Of a DNA stretch of 64,000 nucleotides, positions 1-11,336 are shown piece after piece; position 1 is the first letter of the stretch; every line of letters begins with the position of its first letter. This DNA comes from Spirochaetales bacterium (GTDB lineage: Bacteria > Spirochaetota > Spirochaetia > JABEVK01). Where the stretch lies: assembly GCA_037142615.1 (NCBI GenBank), contig JBAXAI010000004.1, positions 96,001-160,000 on the forward strand, read 5' to 3'. The notes under the pieces were generated by a model. That model was not told the DNA's origin and did not search any database. It worked only from the letters and a program-made list of their open reading frames with translations. A program made the position numbers and the translations under genes.

Positions 1-235
1 GGATGAGCAGCAAGAACTTGCCTTCGGTGTCGCGGCGGAAGTACTGCGCTTGCAGCACGTTATCGGGCTCGCTGGGTTTGCGAGTGGTCACCGTGATCTG
101 CGCCGAGATATCGGTCTTCTTAAAGTTGGTCTGGTCGTCGATCTTGGCTAGAATCGCGTTGAAGTCCGGGTCGGCGGCGAACACGGTGCTGGCAAGCACC
201 AGCGAGGCGGTCAGGGTCAAAAGCAGTCGTTTCAT
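1..235 (-). CDS. Outer-membrane lipoprotein-sorting (LolA-like) protein, N-terminal part; runs off the window edge
   Basis: Read manually: ATG at 235 after AAAGGA, MKRLLLTLTASLVLASTVFAADPDF... (signal peptide); directly downstream of two FtsX/LolE-type permeases. Confidence 0.6.
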   Translation of the reverse strand, partial: MKRLLLTLTASLVLASTVFAADPDFNAILAKIDDQTNFKKTDISAQITVTTRKPSEPDNVLQAQYFRRDTEGKFLLLI

Positions 236-253
236 TCAGGGTTCCTTTGTCGG

Positions 254-1552
254 TTAATTGGTGGTCCGCAGCGCTTCGGCCGGGGTGAGGTTGCCCGCGC
301 GACGCGCAGGAAAGAAGGCCGCCACGCCGGTGAGGCCGACGATCACGAGCAGGTTGAGGGCGAACGAGCCGAGGTTGACCTGCAACTGCAGGTGGTTATC
401 CTTCAGCAGAATGTTGAAGTCCTTCCAGGCCGAAAGGTCGACCCAGGACAGGCCCACCAGAATGGCGACGCCCACAAGGAAGCCGACCAGGATGCCGGCC
501 AGCCCGAGGAAGATGGCCTCGTACAGGAACAAGTTGCGCACATCGGGCCTTTGCATTCCCAGCGCACGCAGCGTGCCGATCTCGCGGGTACGCTCGTACA
601 CCACCATGCGGTAGGTGTTGGTAATCCCCACCATGATGACCACGAAAAGCACCAGCAGAATCAGGAAGGCGATCAGGTTCAGCGTCTGGAAGATGCCCTT
701 GATGAAGGCCAGGATGTCGTTAAGGGTGTACAAGCTGTACTTTACGCCTTCCCAAGTTTCGTCGCGGTACTGCTTTTGCGTGTCTTGCAGGCCCCCGCGG
801 GCAAAAAAGGCCAAGCCCTTGGCCTTGAGTTCGTCGAACAGCGCCGAACCCAGGGCATCGGCCGTCGACACGTCTTTGAGGTAGATGCCAAAGGTGGTGA
901 ACTCGCCCGGCTTCATGTCGCGCAGCGCATTCACACGGTCGAGCGGCGCGTAGGCTCCGGCCAGACTGGCCGCCACCCCCGGGTCCTTGTAGATGGCGCG
1001 GAGGTAGAAATCGACCACGTTCTGCTGGCCGGTGACCGTCTCACCCTGCACCGAAATCCGGTCGCCCAGCTGCACGTTGAGCTTCTTGGCCACGCTCTCG
1101 GAAATCACGATGTTGTCGGCGCTGTCGAAGTCGTCGAGTTGTCCTTCCACGATCGTCAGCTTGTCGTGCAGGTAACTTCCAGGGCCCAGGTTGACTCCTG
1201 AAAGCGACTGATAGTTGGTGGAAAAGTCGGACACCAGCGCCACCGACTGCACCGCCGTGGTCTTGGACACGTAGCTGTAGGGAATCTGCAGCTTGTCCAC
1301 GGCAGCCTGAAACACGTCGGCGTCCTTGAGGGTCAGGATCACCCGTCCTGTTGAGGTTTTTTCGGCGCCACGCAAGATGATGTGGCCGGGAATCAGATTG
1401 CTGATGTTGGCTTCGAGCGAGGTGATGAGGCTTGCCGACAGGCCGTTGACGACCGTGATCACCAACAGTCCAAAAGCGATGGCACCACCGAGGAGCACCG
1501 AACGGCGTTTCTGCCGCGAAAGATTTTTCAAAGCCATAGAGGCGACGGACAT
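254..1552 (-). CDS. ABC transporter permease, FtsX/LolC-E family
   Basis: Start MSVASMALKNLSRQKRRS; ERTREIGTLRALG motif; C-terminal TM helices ending FPARRAGNLTPAEALR. Confidence 0.9.
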   Translation of the reverse strand: MSVASMALKNLSRQKRRSVLLGGAIAFGLLVITVVNGLSASLITSLEANISNLIPGHIILRGAEKTSTGRVILTLKDADVFQAAVDKLQIPYSYVSKTTAVQSVALVSDFSTNYQSLSGVNLGPGSYLHDKLTIVEGQLDDFDSADNIVISESVAKKLNVQLGDRISVQGETVTGQQNVVDFYLRAIYKDPGVAASLAGAYAPLDRVNALRDMKPGEFTTFGIYLKDVSTADALGSALFDELKAKGLAFFARGGLQDTQKQYRDETWEGVKYSLYTLNDILAFIKGIFQTLNLIAFLILLVLFVVIMVGITNTYRMVVYERTREIGTLRALGMQRPDVRNLFLYEAIFLGLAGILVGFLVGVAILVGLSWVDLSAWKDFNILLKDNHLQLQVNLGSFALNLLVIVGLTGVAAFFPARRAGNLTPAEALRTTN

Positions 1553-1560
1553 GGTTTCTC

Positions 1561-3018
1561 CTATTCCGTGGCGATCGCCTTGAGCGGCGACACCTTGAGA
1601 GCGATCGAGACGGGGTAGATCCAGCTGACAACCCCGATAAAAAGGGTGAAGCCGATGGCAAGGGCCACCTGCACCAGGCTGAGTTCCGGGTGGAGATTCT
1701 TGGCTCCAAAGAGAACCTGCAGGAACTCGTTGTCGAGACTGAGCCCCAGCGCGTTGATGATCAGCACCGAGATGGAACCCAGCACAATGCCCACCAACCC
1801 GAAGAACCCAGCAAGCGTCATGGTCTCCCACACGAACAGCGCTCTCACAAAGGGCTTTTGAGCACCCAGGGCCCGCATGGTGCCGATTTCGCTGGTACGC
1901 TCCATCACCGAGATCACCAGCGTGTTGATGATGATGATGACGGCCACAATGGCGAGAATGATGATGACGATGTTGAAGATCACCTGAGCGGCATCGGTCA
2001 GGCTGGCCGAGGCGCCTGCGGCTTCCTTCCAGCCCACGGCTTTGAGCGGCCACTTTTTGTCGGCGAAAGTCTTGTTCAGATCGCTAATCATTGTGGCGGG
2101 CGATTGTCCGTCTTTGAGGCGGATCATGACGTCGTGCCAGGCACCGCTGTCGATGGTGGCCAGTTCGGCCCGCTGGGACTTGTCGCCCAGCACGTTGTTG
2201 AGGTCGACCTTGGCTTTGGGGGCGGGGGCCGCAGAAACAGCCCCCTCGCTGAAGAAGTCGTCACCCGAGTCGAGCACCTTCGCGGTATCGGCGTCGATCG
2301 CCGTCTTTGCGGCGGTTCCCACCGTCATGGCGTTGAGGGCGCGCAGTGTCTGCACGTCGATGAAGCTGACGATTTCGAGGGCCTGAGTAGGCACAATGTA
2401 CTCGTACACGCCGACCAAGGGAACCGTACGGATCTTGAGGCCCGACTTGCTGAACCCCTGGAGCGTAATCTCCTGCCCCAGCTTGAGATTAACCTTGTTC
2501 TGCTTGGCAATGTCGGCGACGCGTTTCTTGCTCATCATGATGCCGACTTGGCCTGGCTTCAGCATTTGGCCTTCGACGATCTTGATGCTGTGGAAGGTGT
2601 TGAAGTAACTCTCGGGGTCGATGCCGAACAGAAGGTTGAAGCCCATGCCGCGTTCGTCGAAATTGAGGATGCCGAAGCCGCTGACCTGCGCCGAAAACGA
2701 CGACACTGCGGGGTTGGCCTTGAGAAGGTCCAGCAGTTCCGGATAGTTCTGGATCACAGGGGTCGGTTCGCCGCCCATTCCGGAGGTAAAATCCTCGCTG
2801 CCAAACAGCGAGAACGTCTTTTCGCTTTGCCCCTGGATCATCACGTCGCCGGTGAAGTTCTCGCTGTAGCCGCGCTTGACACCCTTGGCCGCCGACTCGA
2901 ACAGGCTGTTGCCCACAAACGTGAGTGTGATGCCCAGCGTGATCAGCGCACCCACAATGAGCGTCTTGACTTTGTGCTGAACCAAATTGCGCAGCGCAAT
3001 CTTAAAAATGGTGCCCAT
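1561..3018 (-). CDS. ABC transporter permease, FtsX/LolC-E family
   Basis: IALRNL N-terminus, ERTSEIGTMRALG motif, YP..IALKVSPLKAI C-terminus. Confidence 0.9.
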   Translation of the reverse strand: MGTIFKIALRNLVQHKVKTLIVGALITLGITLTFVGNSLFESAAKGVKRGYSENFTGDVMIQGQSEKTFSLFGSEDFTSGMGGEPTPVIQNYPELLDLLKANPAVSSFSAQVSGFGILNFDERGMGFNLLFGIDPESYFNTFHSIKIVEGQMLKPGQVGIMMSKKRVADIAKQNKVNLKLGQEITLQGFSKSGLKIRTVPLVGVYEYIVPTQALEIVSFIDVQTLRALNAMTVGTAAKTAIDADTAKVLDSGDDFFSEGAVSAAPAPKAKVDLNNVLGDKSQRAELATIDSGAWHDVMIRLKDGQSPATMISDLNKTFADKKWPLKAVGWKEAAGASASLTDAAQVIFNIVIIILAIVAVIIIINTLVISVMERTSEIGTMRALGAQKPFVRALFVWETMTLAGFFGLVGIVLGSISVLIINALGLSLDNEFLQVLFGAKNLHPELSLVQVALAIGFTLFIGVVSWIYPVSIALKVSPLKAIATE

Positions 3019-3020
3019 CC

Positions 3021-3731
3021 CTAAGACCCCGAAGTCTTCGACATCGCCCGGTAGTTCTCGGTGATCAGGCCGTCCTTCAGGCGGATGATGTGGTCAGCAA
3101 GCTCGACAATTTTGGCGTCGTGGGTGCTGAAGATGAACGTCGTCTTGAGGTCTTTGTTGATCTTCTTCATCAGATTCAGGATGTCGTCGCCGGTCTGGCT
3201 GTCCAGGTTGGCCGTCGGTTCGTCGGCGAGCACGATCACCGGCTTGGTGACCAGAGCCCGGGCAATCGCCACGCGCTGCCGCTGTCCGCCAGAAAGCTCG
3301 TTGGGACGGTTGCGGATGCGGTCGGCCAGGCCCACTTCCTCGATCAGAAAATCGACGTATTCCTTGCGTTCCTTGGTCATCTTGTTGTCTTTCCCAAGCA
3401 AGAGCGGGAACTCGATGTTCTCGCGGGTCGTCAGCACCGGAATGAGGTTGAAACTCTGGAAGATGAACCCGATGGTTTCGTGGCGCAGCAACGTGATCTC
3501 GCGGTCTTTCATCGTTCCCACATCTTTTCCGTTGATGAGTACCTGCCCGTCGGTGGCGGTATCGATGAGCCCGATCAGGTTGAGGATGGTCGACTTACCG
3601 GAACCCGAGGGCCCGGCAATCGAGATAAAGTCGCCTTGTTCAATCTCGAAACTGACCCCTTTGACGGCCTCGACCGTTGTTTTTCCCAGGGCGTAGAATT
3701 TTTTGGCGTTCTTGACTTCGACAATGCTCAA
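3021..3731 (-). CDS. ABC transporter ATP-binding protein (LolD/MacB-like)
   Basis: Walker A GPSGSGKS, signature LSGGQRQR, Walker B LADEPT; TTG start after AAGGAG. Confidence 0.95.
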   Translation of the reverse strand: MSIVEVKNAKKFYALGKTTVEAVKGVSFEIEQGDFISIAGPSGSGKSTILNLIGLIDTATDGQVLINGKDVGTMKDREITLLRHETIGFIFQSFNLIPVLTTRENIEFPLLLGKDNKMTKERKEYVDFLIEEVGLADRIRNRPNELSGGQRQRVAIARALVTKPVIVLADEPTANLDSQTGDDILNLMKKINKDLKTTFIFSTHDAKIVELADHIIRLKDGLITENYRAMSKTSGS

Positions 3732-3770
3732 GAAGGACTCCTTATGAGCGGAAGCTCGGATGATAGGCTC

Positions 3771-3799
3771 AAAGTAGCGACGGATTAATTGAACGTCAA
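3771..3799 (-). promoter_or_regulatory. Sigma70-type promoter for the ABC operon
   Basis: TTGACG-17bp-TACTTT on the minus strand; the -35 overlaps the palindrome AATTGA-ACG-TCAATT (3787-3801). Confidence 0.55.
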
Positions 3800-4080
3800 T
3801 TCAGAATAGGAAGACCTGTCTGCATTTCACAATTCTTTCAGAATCCACAAACATGACAAAGAATTAATGTTGGCGTCTGTGACTCGGGTTCGCAGAGATT
3901 TGGACTCAAGTGAGTCATTTTGAAGCAGTGACAGCTTGACCCTCCGACGTGGGTGTCAAACTGCCCCAAGTCGCTCGAAGTGGCTCCCCCCAGGTCGCAA
4001 AGGTTCGCTCGAAGCAGGGTATGCCTCGCGTTCCAGCCTGGGTATATTAGGCAACGTTCCCTCGCGATGGAGGTTTTTTG

Positions 4081-4716
4081 GTGCCCGATGACGACAAAGA
4101 AGCGGCCGAGCCCGCAAATGATGCGAAAGCCACAGCAGTCGATGCGGCGCCTACCTTGGTAGCGACGGTTTTCCAAGCCGACCTGGACAGCGTGACCGCA
4201 GAACTGGAGTCTTCCCGTAAGCAAGCGTCTGACCTCGAAACCCTCGTGGCAGAGCAAAAGGCTCTGGTTGCAGATCTTCAGGATCAATTGCTTCGCAAGG
4301 CGGCCGATTTTGACAACTACCGCAAGCGCATGCTCAAGGAAAAGGAAGAGGCCCGCCTGTTCGCCAACACGGGTCTTCTGGAAGACCTCGTAGATGTGCT
4401 CGACAACTTTGAACGGGCTATTCGGTCTTCCGAAGCGGCACGCGACTACGACGGCTTCCATTCTGGCATCGTGATGATCGAAGACCAGTTCGCTTCGATG
4501 CTCGAACGCAAGTACAACCTGAAGAAAATGGATTCGGCTGGCAAACCGTTCGCCCCCGAACTGCACGAGGCCATCGCTATGGAACCGGCGGCCGAAGGGC
4601 AGGACATCGTGGTGGTTGAGGAATACCAGAAGGGCTACCAACTGCACGACCGTGTCTTGCGCACGGCAAAAGTCAAGGTCGGACCCGCTGCAAAAGAAGA
4701 GAAAAAAGGAGAATAG
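4081..4716 (+). CDS. grpE: Nucleotide exchange factor GrpE
   Basis: [39 protein letters not shown]; GGAGG SD then GTG (alternative TTG at 4078). Confidence 0.97.
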   Translation: MPDDDKEAAEPANDAKATAVDAAPTLVATVFQADLDSVTAELESSRKQASDLETLVAEQKALVADLQDQLLRKAADFDNYRKRMLKEKEEARLFANTGLLEDLVDVLDNFERAIRSSEAARDYDGFHSGIVMIEDQFASMLERKYNLKKMDSAGKPFAPELHEAIAMEPAAEGQDIVVVEEYQKGYQLHDRVLRTAKVKVGPAAKEEKKGE

Positions 4717-4718
4717 TC

Positions 4719-6683
<1,965 letters not shown>

Positions 6684-6707
6684 GTTCCCGATCCGAAGAG
6701 GTACCCG

Positions 6708-7820
6708 ATGGCGAAACGCGACTACTATGAAGTTCTAGGCGTCGAAAAGGGTGCCTCGGCGGACGAGATCAAGAAGGCCTATCGCAAGTTGGCCATACAG
6801 TTCCACCCCGACAAAACCGAGGGGAACAAAGCCGCGGAAGAGAAGTTCAAGGAGGCCACTGAGGCCTACGAGATCCTCTCGGACCCGCAGAAAAAGGGCC
6901 GCTACGACCAGTACGGGTTTGCCGGAGTCGATCCTTCGGCCGGTGGCGGCCAGGCGGCCTACCGGGATTTTGAAGACCTCTTCGGCGGCGGTGCGTTTGG
7001 CGACATCTTCGGCTCGTTTTTTGGAGGCGGCGGCGGTGGTCGACGCGAAAGTACGCCCCGCGGCAGTGACCTGCGCTACGACTTGGAACTGGAGTTTGCC
7101 GACGCTGCCTTTGGAAAGAAGGTTGAGCTGAGCTACACCCATAGCGTGGGCTGTTCCACCTGTAGCGGCAGTGGCGCCGAAGCGGGCTCCAAGCGCAAGG
7201 TGTGCACCACCTGCCAGGGTCAGGGTCAGGTACGCCGTTCCAGCGGTTTTTTCAGCATTGCGCAGACCTGCCCCACCTGCAATGGCGACGGGCACACCAT
7301 CGAAAAGCCTTGCAAGGCCTGCCGGGGCACCGGCACCGAGCGGAAGAAGAACCAATACGTGGTTCAGATCCCGGCCGGAATCGAAAATGGCAAACGCATC
7401 CGCATCGAAGGGCAGGGCGACGCGGGGCCGAACGGTGGCGTGGCGGGCGATTTGTACGTCTATATGCATATCAAGGACCACGAGTACTTCGAGCGCAACG
7501 GCAACGACCTGTACTGTCTGGTGCCGATCAGCTTCACGCAGGCGGCCTTGGGAAGCGAAATCAACGTCGCCACCCTCGACGGCAAAAAGATCCGGCTGAA
7601 AGTTCCCGCTGGCACCCAAACCAACAAGCTGTTCCGCATCAAAGAAGCCGGGGTGCCGTTCCTTCACACGCCGCAAAAGAAGGGTGACCTGTTCATCAAG
7701 GTCCATGTCGAGGTGCCTCAAAACGTCAACGCCAAGGCCAAGGAGTTGATGGGGCAGCTTGCTAAGCTCCTGGGTGAGGAAGACACTCCCCATCCGGTGA
7801 AGCTTTCGTCCATTGAGTAG
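6708..7820 (+). CDS. dnaJ: Chaperone DnaJ
   Basis: J domain with HPD, G/F region, four CxxCxGxG repeats. Confidence 0.99.
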   Translation: MAKRDYYEVLGVEKGASADEIKKAYRKLAIQFHPDKTEGNKAAEEKFKEATEAYEILSDPQKKGRYDQYGFAGVDPSAGGGQAAYRDFEDLFGGGAFGDIFGSFFGGGGGGRRESTPRGSDLRYDLELEFADAAFGKKVELSYTHSVGCSTCSGSGAEAGSKRKVCTTCQGQGQVRRSSGFFSIAQTCPTCNGDGHTIEKPCKACRGTGTERKKNQYVVQIPAGIENGKRIRIEGQGDAGPNGGVAGDLYVYMHIKDHEYFERNGNDLYCLVPISFTQAALGSEINVATLDGKKIRLKVPAGTQTNKLFRIKEAGVPFLHTPQKKGDLFIKVHVEVPQNVNAKAKELMGQLAKLLGEEDTPHPVKLSSIE

Positions 7821-7897
7821 AAGCGGAGCCTGACCTACCTCCCTTAACTCTGTTTGTGCACATTGACATGCTGGAGATTCCACCGGACACTGGAACG

Positions 7898-9025
7898 ATG
7901 GATCCCCACCAGGACCGAGATCTCCAACAGGCCTTCCTCACCCACTACGAGTTCTTGCGCGACAGTGGCATTCAGGCTCACATTGACCGCCTGACTGGCG
8001 AACTCCGCGGGCTTGAGGCCCTCGTCACCGAAGCGGCCGAAATCTTCCACATTTCCGAAATCGACAAGCTGACGCAGTACATCGCGCAGAAGTTGCTCGA
8101 CAAGTTCATTCCCTCGTGGCTGGCGTTTGTCGTGCAAAGTGAGTTTGGGTCGGACAAACCGACGGTGATCTGCTTTCAGAACATGAAGCGTACTGAGCCG
8201 CCGCTTTCGATTCCCAGCTTGGAGCCCTATCGCTACTTCTTCGGGTTGTCGCCAGTTCCGATCGATTTCAGCGTGTTCGAGTATATGGTGGGCCAGAGCG
8301 ATTTGACCGATGTCTTTTTGCCCTTGCGGCCCGAAAAGCTCATCCCCATCCTGGGCTTTGACGGAGTTCATGGGTTCATCGTGGTGGGAAAGAAGATCCT
8401 CGGCGAACCCTATACCGAACTCGAGATGCGCTACCTCGGTCGGCTCGTCAACTTCGTTTCGATCAGCTTTCAGAACAGCCTCCACTACCAGAGCGCCATC
8501 ACAGACCGCAAGACGCACCTGTACAATCACTCGTACTTCATGCGCCGCCTCGAGGAAGAGCAGGCCAGGATCCGCCGCTATCGAATGCCGCTCACCGTAG
8601 TGATCTTCGACATAGACCATTTCAAGCGCTTCAACACGGAGCATGGGCATCTGGCCGGTGACCTGGTGCTTGCGGAGGTAGCCCGTTGCATCGCCTCCTG
8701 CGTACGCACCGAAGACGTGCCGGCGCGTTTTGGCGGTGAGGAGTTTGTAGTCCTGTTGGTGCAATGTAAATCTGACTTCGGCCTGGTTACCGGTGAACGA
8801 ATCCGGCGCGCCGTCGAAAGCCTGAGGGTAACGTTTGAGGGCAAGGAACTGTCGGTTTCGATCAGTGCCGGGGTCGCCGAATGCCTTACCGTCGACGACC
8901 ACCTGGGACCGGAAGGCCTGCTCAAGCGCGCAGACAAGGCCCTCTACGCCTCGAAGAACCGGGGACGGAACCAAACCACGCTGTGGAACCCGTCCTTGGA
9001 CTCAGCCGAAACCGAAGTCGTTTGA
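7898..9025 (+). CDS. Sensor (GAF-like) diguanylate cyclase
   Basis: DIDHFKRFN..GH..GD, RxxD I-site (RTED), RFGGEEF active site; start placed 6 nt after TTGACA-17-GACACT (alternative starts 7856/7868). Confidence 0.9.
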   Translation: MDPHQDRDLQQAFLTHYEFLRDSGIQAHIDRLTGELRGLEALVTEAAEIFHISEIDKLTQYIAQKLLDKFIPSWLAFVVQSEFGSDKPTVICFQNMKRTEPPLSIPSLEPYRYFFGLSPVPIDFSVFEYMVGQSDLTDVFLPLRPEKLIPILGFDGVHGFIVVGKKILGEPYTELEMRYLGRLVNFVSISFQNSLHYQSAITDRKTHLYNHSYFMRRLEEEQARIRRYRMPLTVVIFDIDHFKRFNTEHGHLAGDLVLAEVARCIASCVRTEDVPARFGGEEFVVLLVQCKSDFGLVTGERIRRAVESLRVTFEGKELSVSISAGVAECLTVDDHLGPEGLLKRADKALYASKNRGRNQTTLWNPSLDSAETEVV

Positions 9026-9046
9026 ATACGACTCCGGTTTCGGAAC

Positions 9047-10540
9047 TCAGACCGGTGTGTTCTCTTCTTCTTCGTCATCCTCTTCGTCGTCATCGATGTC
9101 AACGGGAATCTCGTAACGCTTGATCTTGTTTTTCAAGCCTTGGCGGCTGATCATGAGGTTGCGTGACGTCTGGCTGATATTGTTGTCGTTGTGTTTGAGA
9201 GAGGCAATGATGATGTCTTTTTCAATGGCATCCACAAACTCGCGCATGTTAACCGGCTCATGGCCCACGGGAAGCTGGATCGTCTTGACGGTGGCTTCCT
9301 GACCCTGATCCTTCGCGTAAATCTGAGCGTTCTCTTTCAACAGTCGGTCGATGTCGTCAGTTGCCACGGAAGCCTTGCCGCTGGTGCGCAGGGCCAAGTT
9401 GAGTTTTTCGAGGATACCCTGCAACTCCCTGGTGTTTCCAGGGAACGAGTACTTCACCAGAAGTTCCTTCTGTTTGGCTTCGAGCACCGGTAAAGTCTGC
9501 TTGGACTTGCGGGCCAGGGCCTCGAGAAGCGCCAGAATGTCGTCACGGCGCTCACGTAGCGGCAGGGTCCTGATCTGAAGCGTTGCGATCTTGTGATACA
9601 AATCCTTGCGGAAGTACCCGTCCTCAGTCTCTTTGATCAGGTTGGTTGTGCTGCTGCACAGGACACGCACGTCGGCGGACCGTTCTTCGGTAGCTCCCAC
9701 AGGGTAGTAATTCCCGTAGGTGAGAAACTTCAGGAGCTTGGCCTGCACCGTCTTGGGGAGCAGTTGGATGTCTTCAATAAAGAGTGTTCCGCCCTCTGCC
9801 CGGGCCAAAAAGCCGTCTCGGGCAGGTTTCGACCCGGCCTTGGCAACACCGAAGAGCTCAGCTTCCAGCATTTCTTCGGGAATACTGGTCGTCGAAAGGT
9901 TCAGGTAAGGCTCGGTCTTGCGCGATGAGACTTCGTGGATAATCCGGGCCATCATCTTTTTGCCGGTACCGGCTTCGCCGGCAATGTGCACCGGGTGGTC
10001 TGAAAGCGAGAAGGACTTGATCTGCTCCTTGGCCTTGAGCACCGTGGGATGGGTTCCAACCAAGCCGCCTAACGGGCTCTCTGCATTGAAGCGCAGTACA
10101 TTGTTCTCGGCCGTAAGTTTGCGGGCGCTGTCTTCCAGTTCTTTCTCTTCGGCGCGTTTGGTCCGGGCGTACTGCAGGGTGTGCAACGCTTCACGAACCT
10201 TGGCGAGCAGGACCGGTGCTTCCACGGGCTTTAAGAAGTAGTACGAGATATTCGAAGCATTGACGGCGTCGATGAGGTAGTTGGCGTCACCGAAGGCCGA
10301 GAAGATAATGGTTGAAAAGTCAGTCGTCTTCTTCCGGATTTCCTGGATGAGCGCGATTCCTGTCATCGAAGGCATTCGCATGTCCGAGAGAACCAGGTCA
10401 AAGGGGTTTTTCTCGCAGTAGGCGAGTGCCTTCTTGGGATCCTTGAACACGAAGGTCTCGTAGTCTTGCAGGACCTTCTGACAGAAGGTCAGGGTCACTT
10501 CATCGTCATCGACGATAACAATCTTCATTAGGCTTGGCAT
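9047..10540 (-). CDS. NtrC/Fis-family response regulator (REC-AAA+-HTH) with degenerate sigma54-contact loop
   Basis: REC VDDD...SDMRMP...KP; Walker A GEAGTGKK; FRKDLYHK; FPGNTREL; C-terminal Fis HTH; start at 10540 or 10528. Confidence 0.88.
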   Translation of the reverse strand: MPSLMKIVIVDDDEVTLTFCQKVLQDYETFVFKDPKKALAYCEKNPFDLVLSDMRMPSMTGIALIQEIRKKTTDFSTIIFSAFGDANYLIDAVNASNISYYFLKPVEAPVLLAKVREALHTLQYARTKRAEEKELEDSARKLTAENNVLRFNAESPLGGLVGTHPTVLKAKEQIKSFSLSDHPVHIAGEAGTGKKMMARIIHEVSSRKTEPYLNLSTTSIPEEMLEAELFGVAKAGSKPARDGFLARAEGGTLFIEDIQLLPKTVQAKLLKFLTYGNYYPVGATEERSADVRVLCSSTTNLIKETEDGYFRKDLYHKIATLQIRTLPLRERRDDILALLEALARKSKQTLPVLEAKQKELLVKYSFPGNTRELQGILEKLNLALRTSGKASVATDDIDRLLKENAQIYAKDQGQEATVKTIQLPVGHEPVNMREFVDAIEKDIIIASLKHNDNNISQTSRNLMISRQGLKNKIKRYEIPVDIDDDEEDDEEEENTPV

Positions 10541-10598
10541 GATGAAGAATGATACCACAACGTAGTCAGTGTGGCAACACTTGCTGACTAATTCGTGG

Positions 10599-11246
10599 TC
10601 AGGGCGCCGATGGAAGCGTGATGTCGGTTCCTGCCGGTTCGCGGGCACCCTGCAAGAAGCCCTTTTGACCGGCCCGCACCAAGGCCTCCAACAGCTCCTC
10701 GGACTGAGTACCTTCCTCGGCGCTGAGAAACACCCGGAACAAAGTGCCTTCCTGACGCACACGTGGCACAAAGCCGAGGTCGCGCAGCTTGCGGGCTTGG
10801 CTAAAGGCGTTGGCCTGGGTGCGGAAGGCTCCCATCTGGAAGTACACCTGCGGCGGCGGTGGCAATTCCCCGCTTTCACCGACCTTGAGCGGATGAATAG
10901 ACACATTCGCGGTCCCTGCCAGGAGCATGTCCAGTTCGTCGGCGGCGGCCTTCGACAGGTCGATGATGCGCCCCTTCACGAAGGGCCCGCGGTCGTTGAC
11001 GGTCACGACGACCGTCCGGCCATTGTCGAGGTTTGTCACGAGAAGTCGAACTCCGAACCGCAACGAGCGATGGGCCGCCGTGAGCTGGACGGGGTCATAA
11101 AGTTCGCCAGATGCCGTCTTTCGTCCCACAAAGTCGTCGCCGTAGTAGCTCGCTTCGCCACGCTCTTCTTGCGCCATCAGGGGAGGGAGGCAGAGGAGGG
11201 TAGCTACAAGACACAAACCCGCGCGCAGGGAAGTCAATTGCATCAT
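10599..11246 (-). CDS. rlpA: Septal ring lytic transglycosylase RlpA with SPOR domain
   Basis: GEASYYG, TASGE, TAAHRSL, VNDRGPF, IIDLSKAAA; C-terminal QMGAF SPOR domain; signal peptide. Confidence 0.92.
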   Translation of the reverse strand: MMQLTSLRAGLCLVATLLCLPPLMAQEERGEASYYGDDFVGRKTASGELYDPVQLTAAHRSLRFGVRLLVTNLDNGRTVVVTVNDRGPFVKGRIIDLSKAAADELDMLLAGTANVSIHPLKVGESGELPPPPQVYFQMGAFRTQANAFSQARKLRDLGFVPRVRQEGTLFRVFLSAEEGTQSEELLEALVRAGQKGFLQGAREPAGTDITLPSAP

Positions 11247-11288
11247 GTTGCTATTGTGCGCCAGATCGACAGGCCTTGCCAGCCCTGC

Positions 11289-11317
11289 TTGCCAAAAGCA
11301 AGGGTGATCTTTATTGT
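11289..11317 (+). promoter_or_regulatory. Sigma70-type promoter for acnA
   Basis: TTGCCA-17bp-TATTGT. Confidence 0.5.
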
Positions 11318-11336
11318 GACCCGCGGGAGCACCACC

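Noticed and set aside
3890-3916. ACTCAAG as an HspR HAIR site or CIRCE upstream of grpE
   Set aside because: Only one half-site; the partner arm at the required spacing does not match
10569-11336. ORF-track N-terminal extensions of acnA (also thrS, the permease, the NtrC-like regulator and the acidic protein) as fusions
   Set aside because: The extensions overlap rlpA, the T-box or other real genes; better starts with SD or promoter support lie downstream
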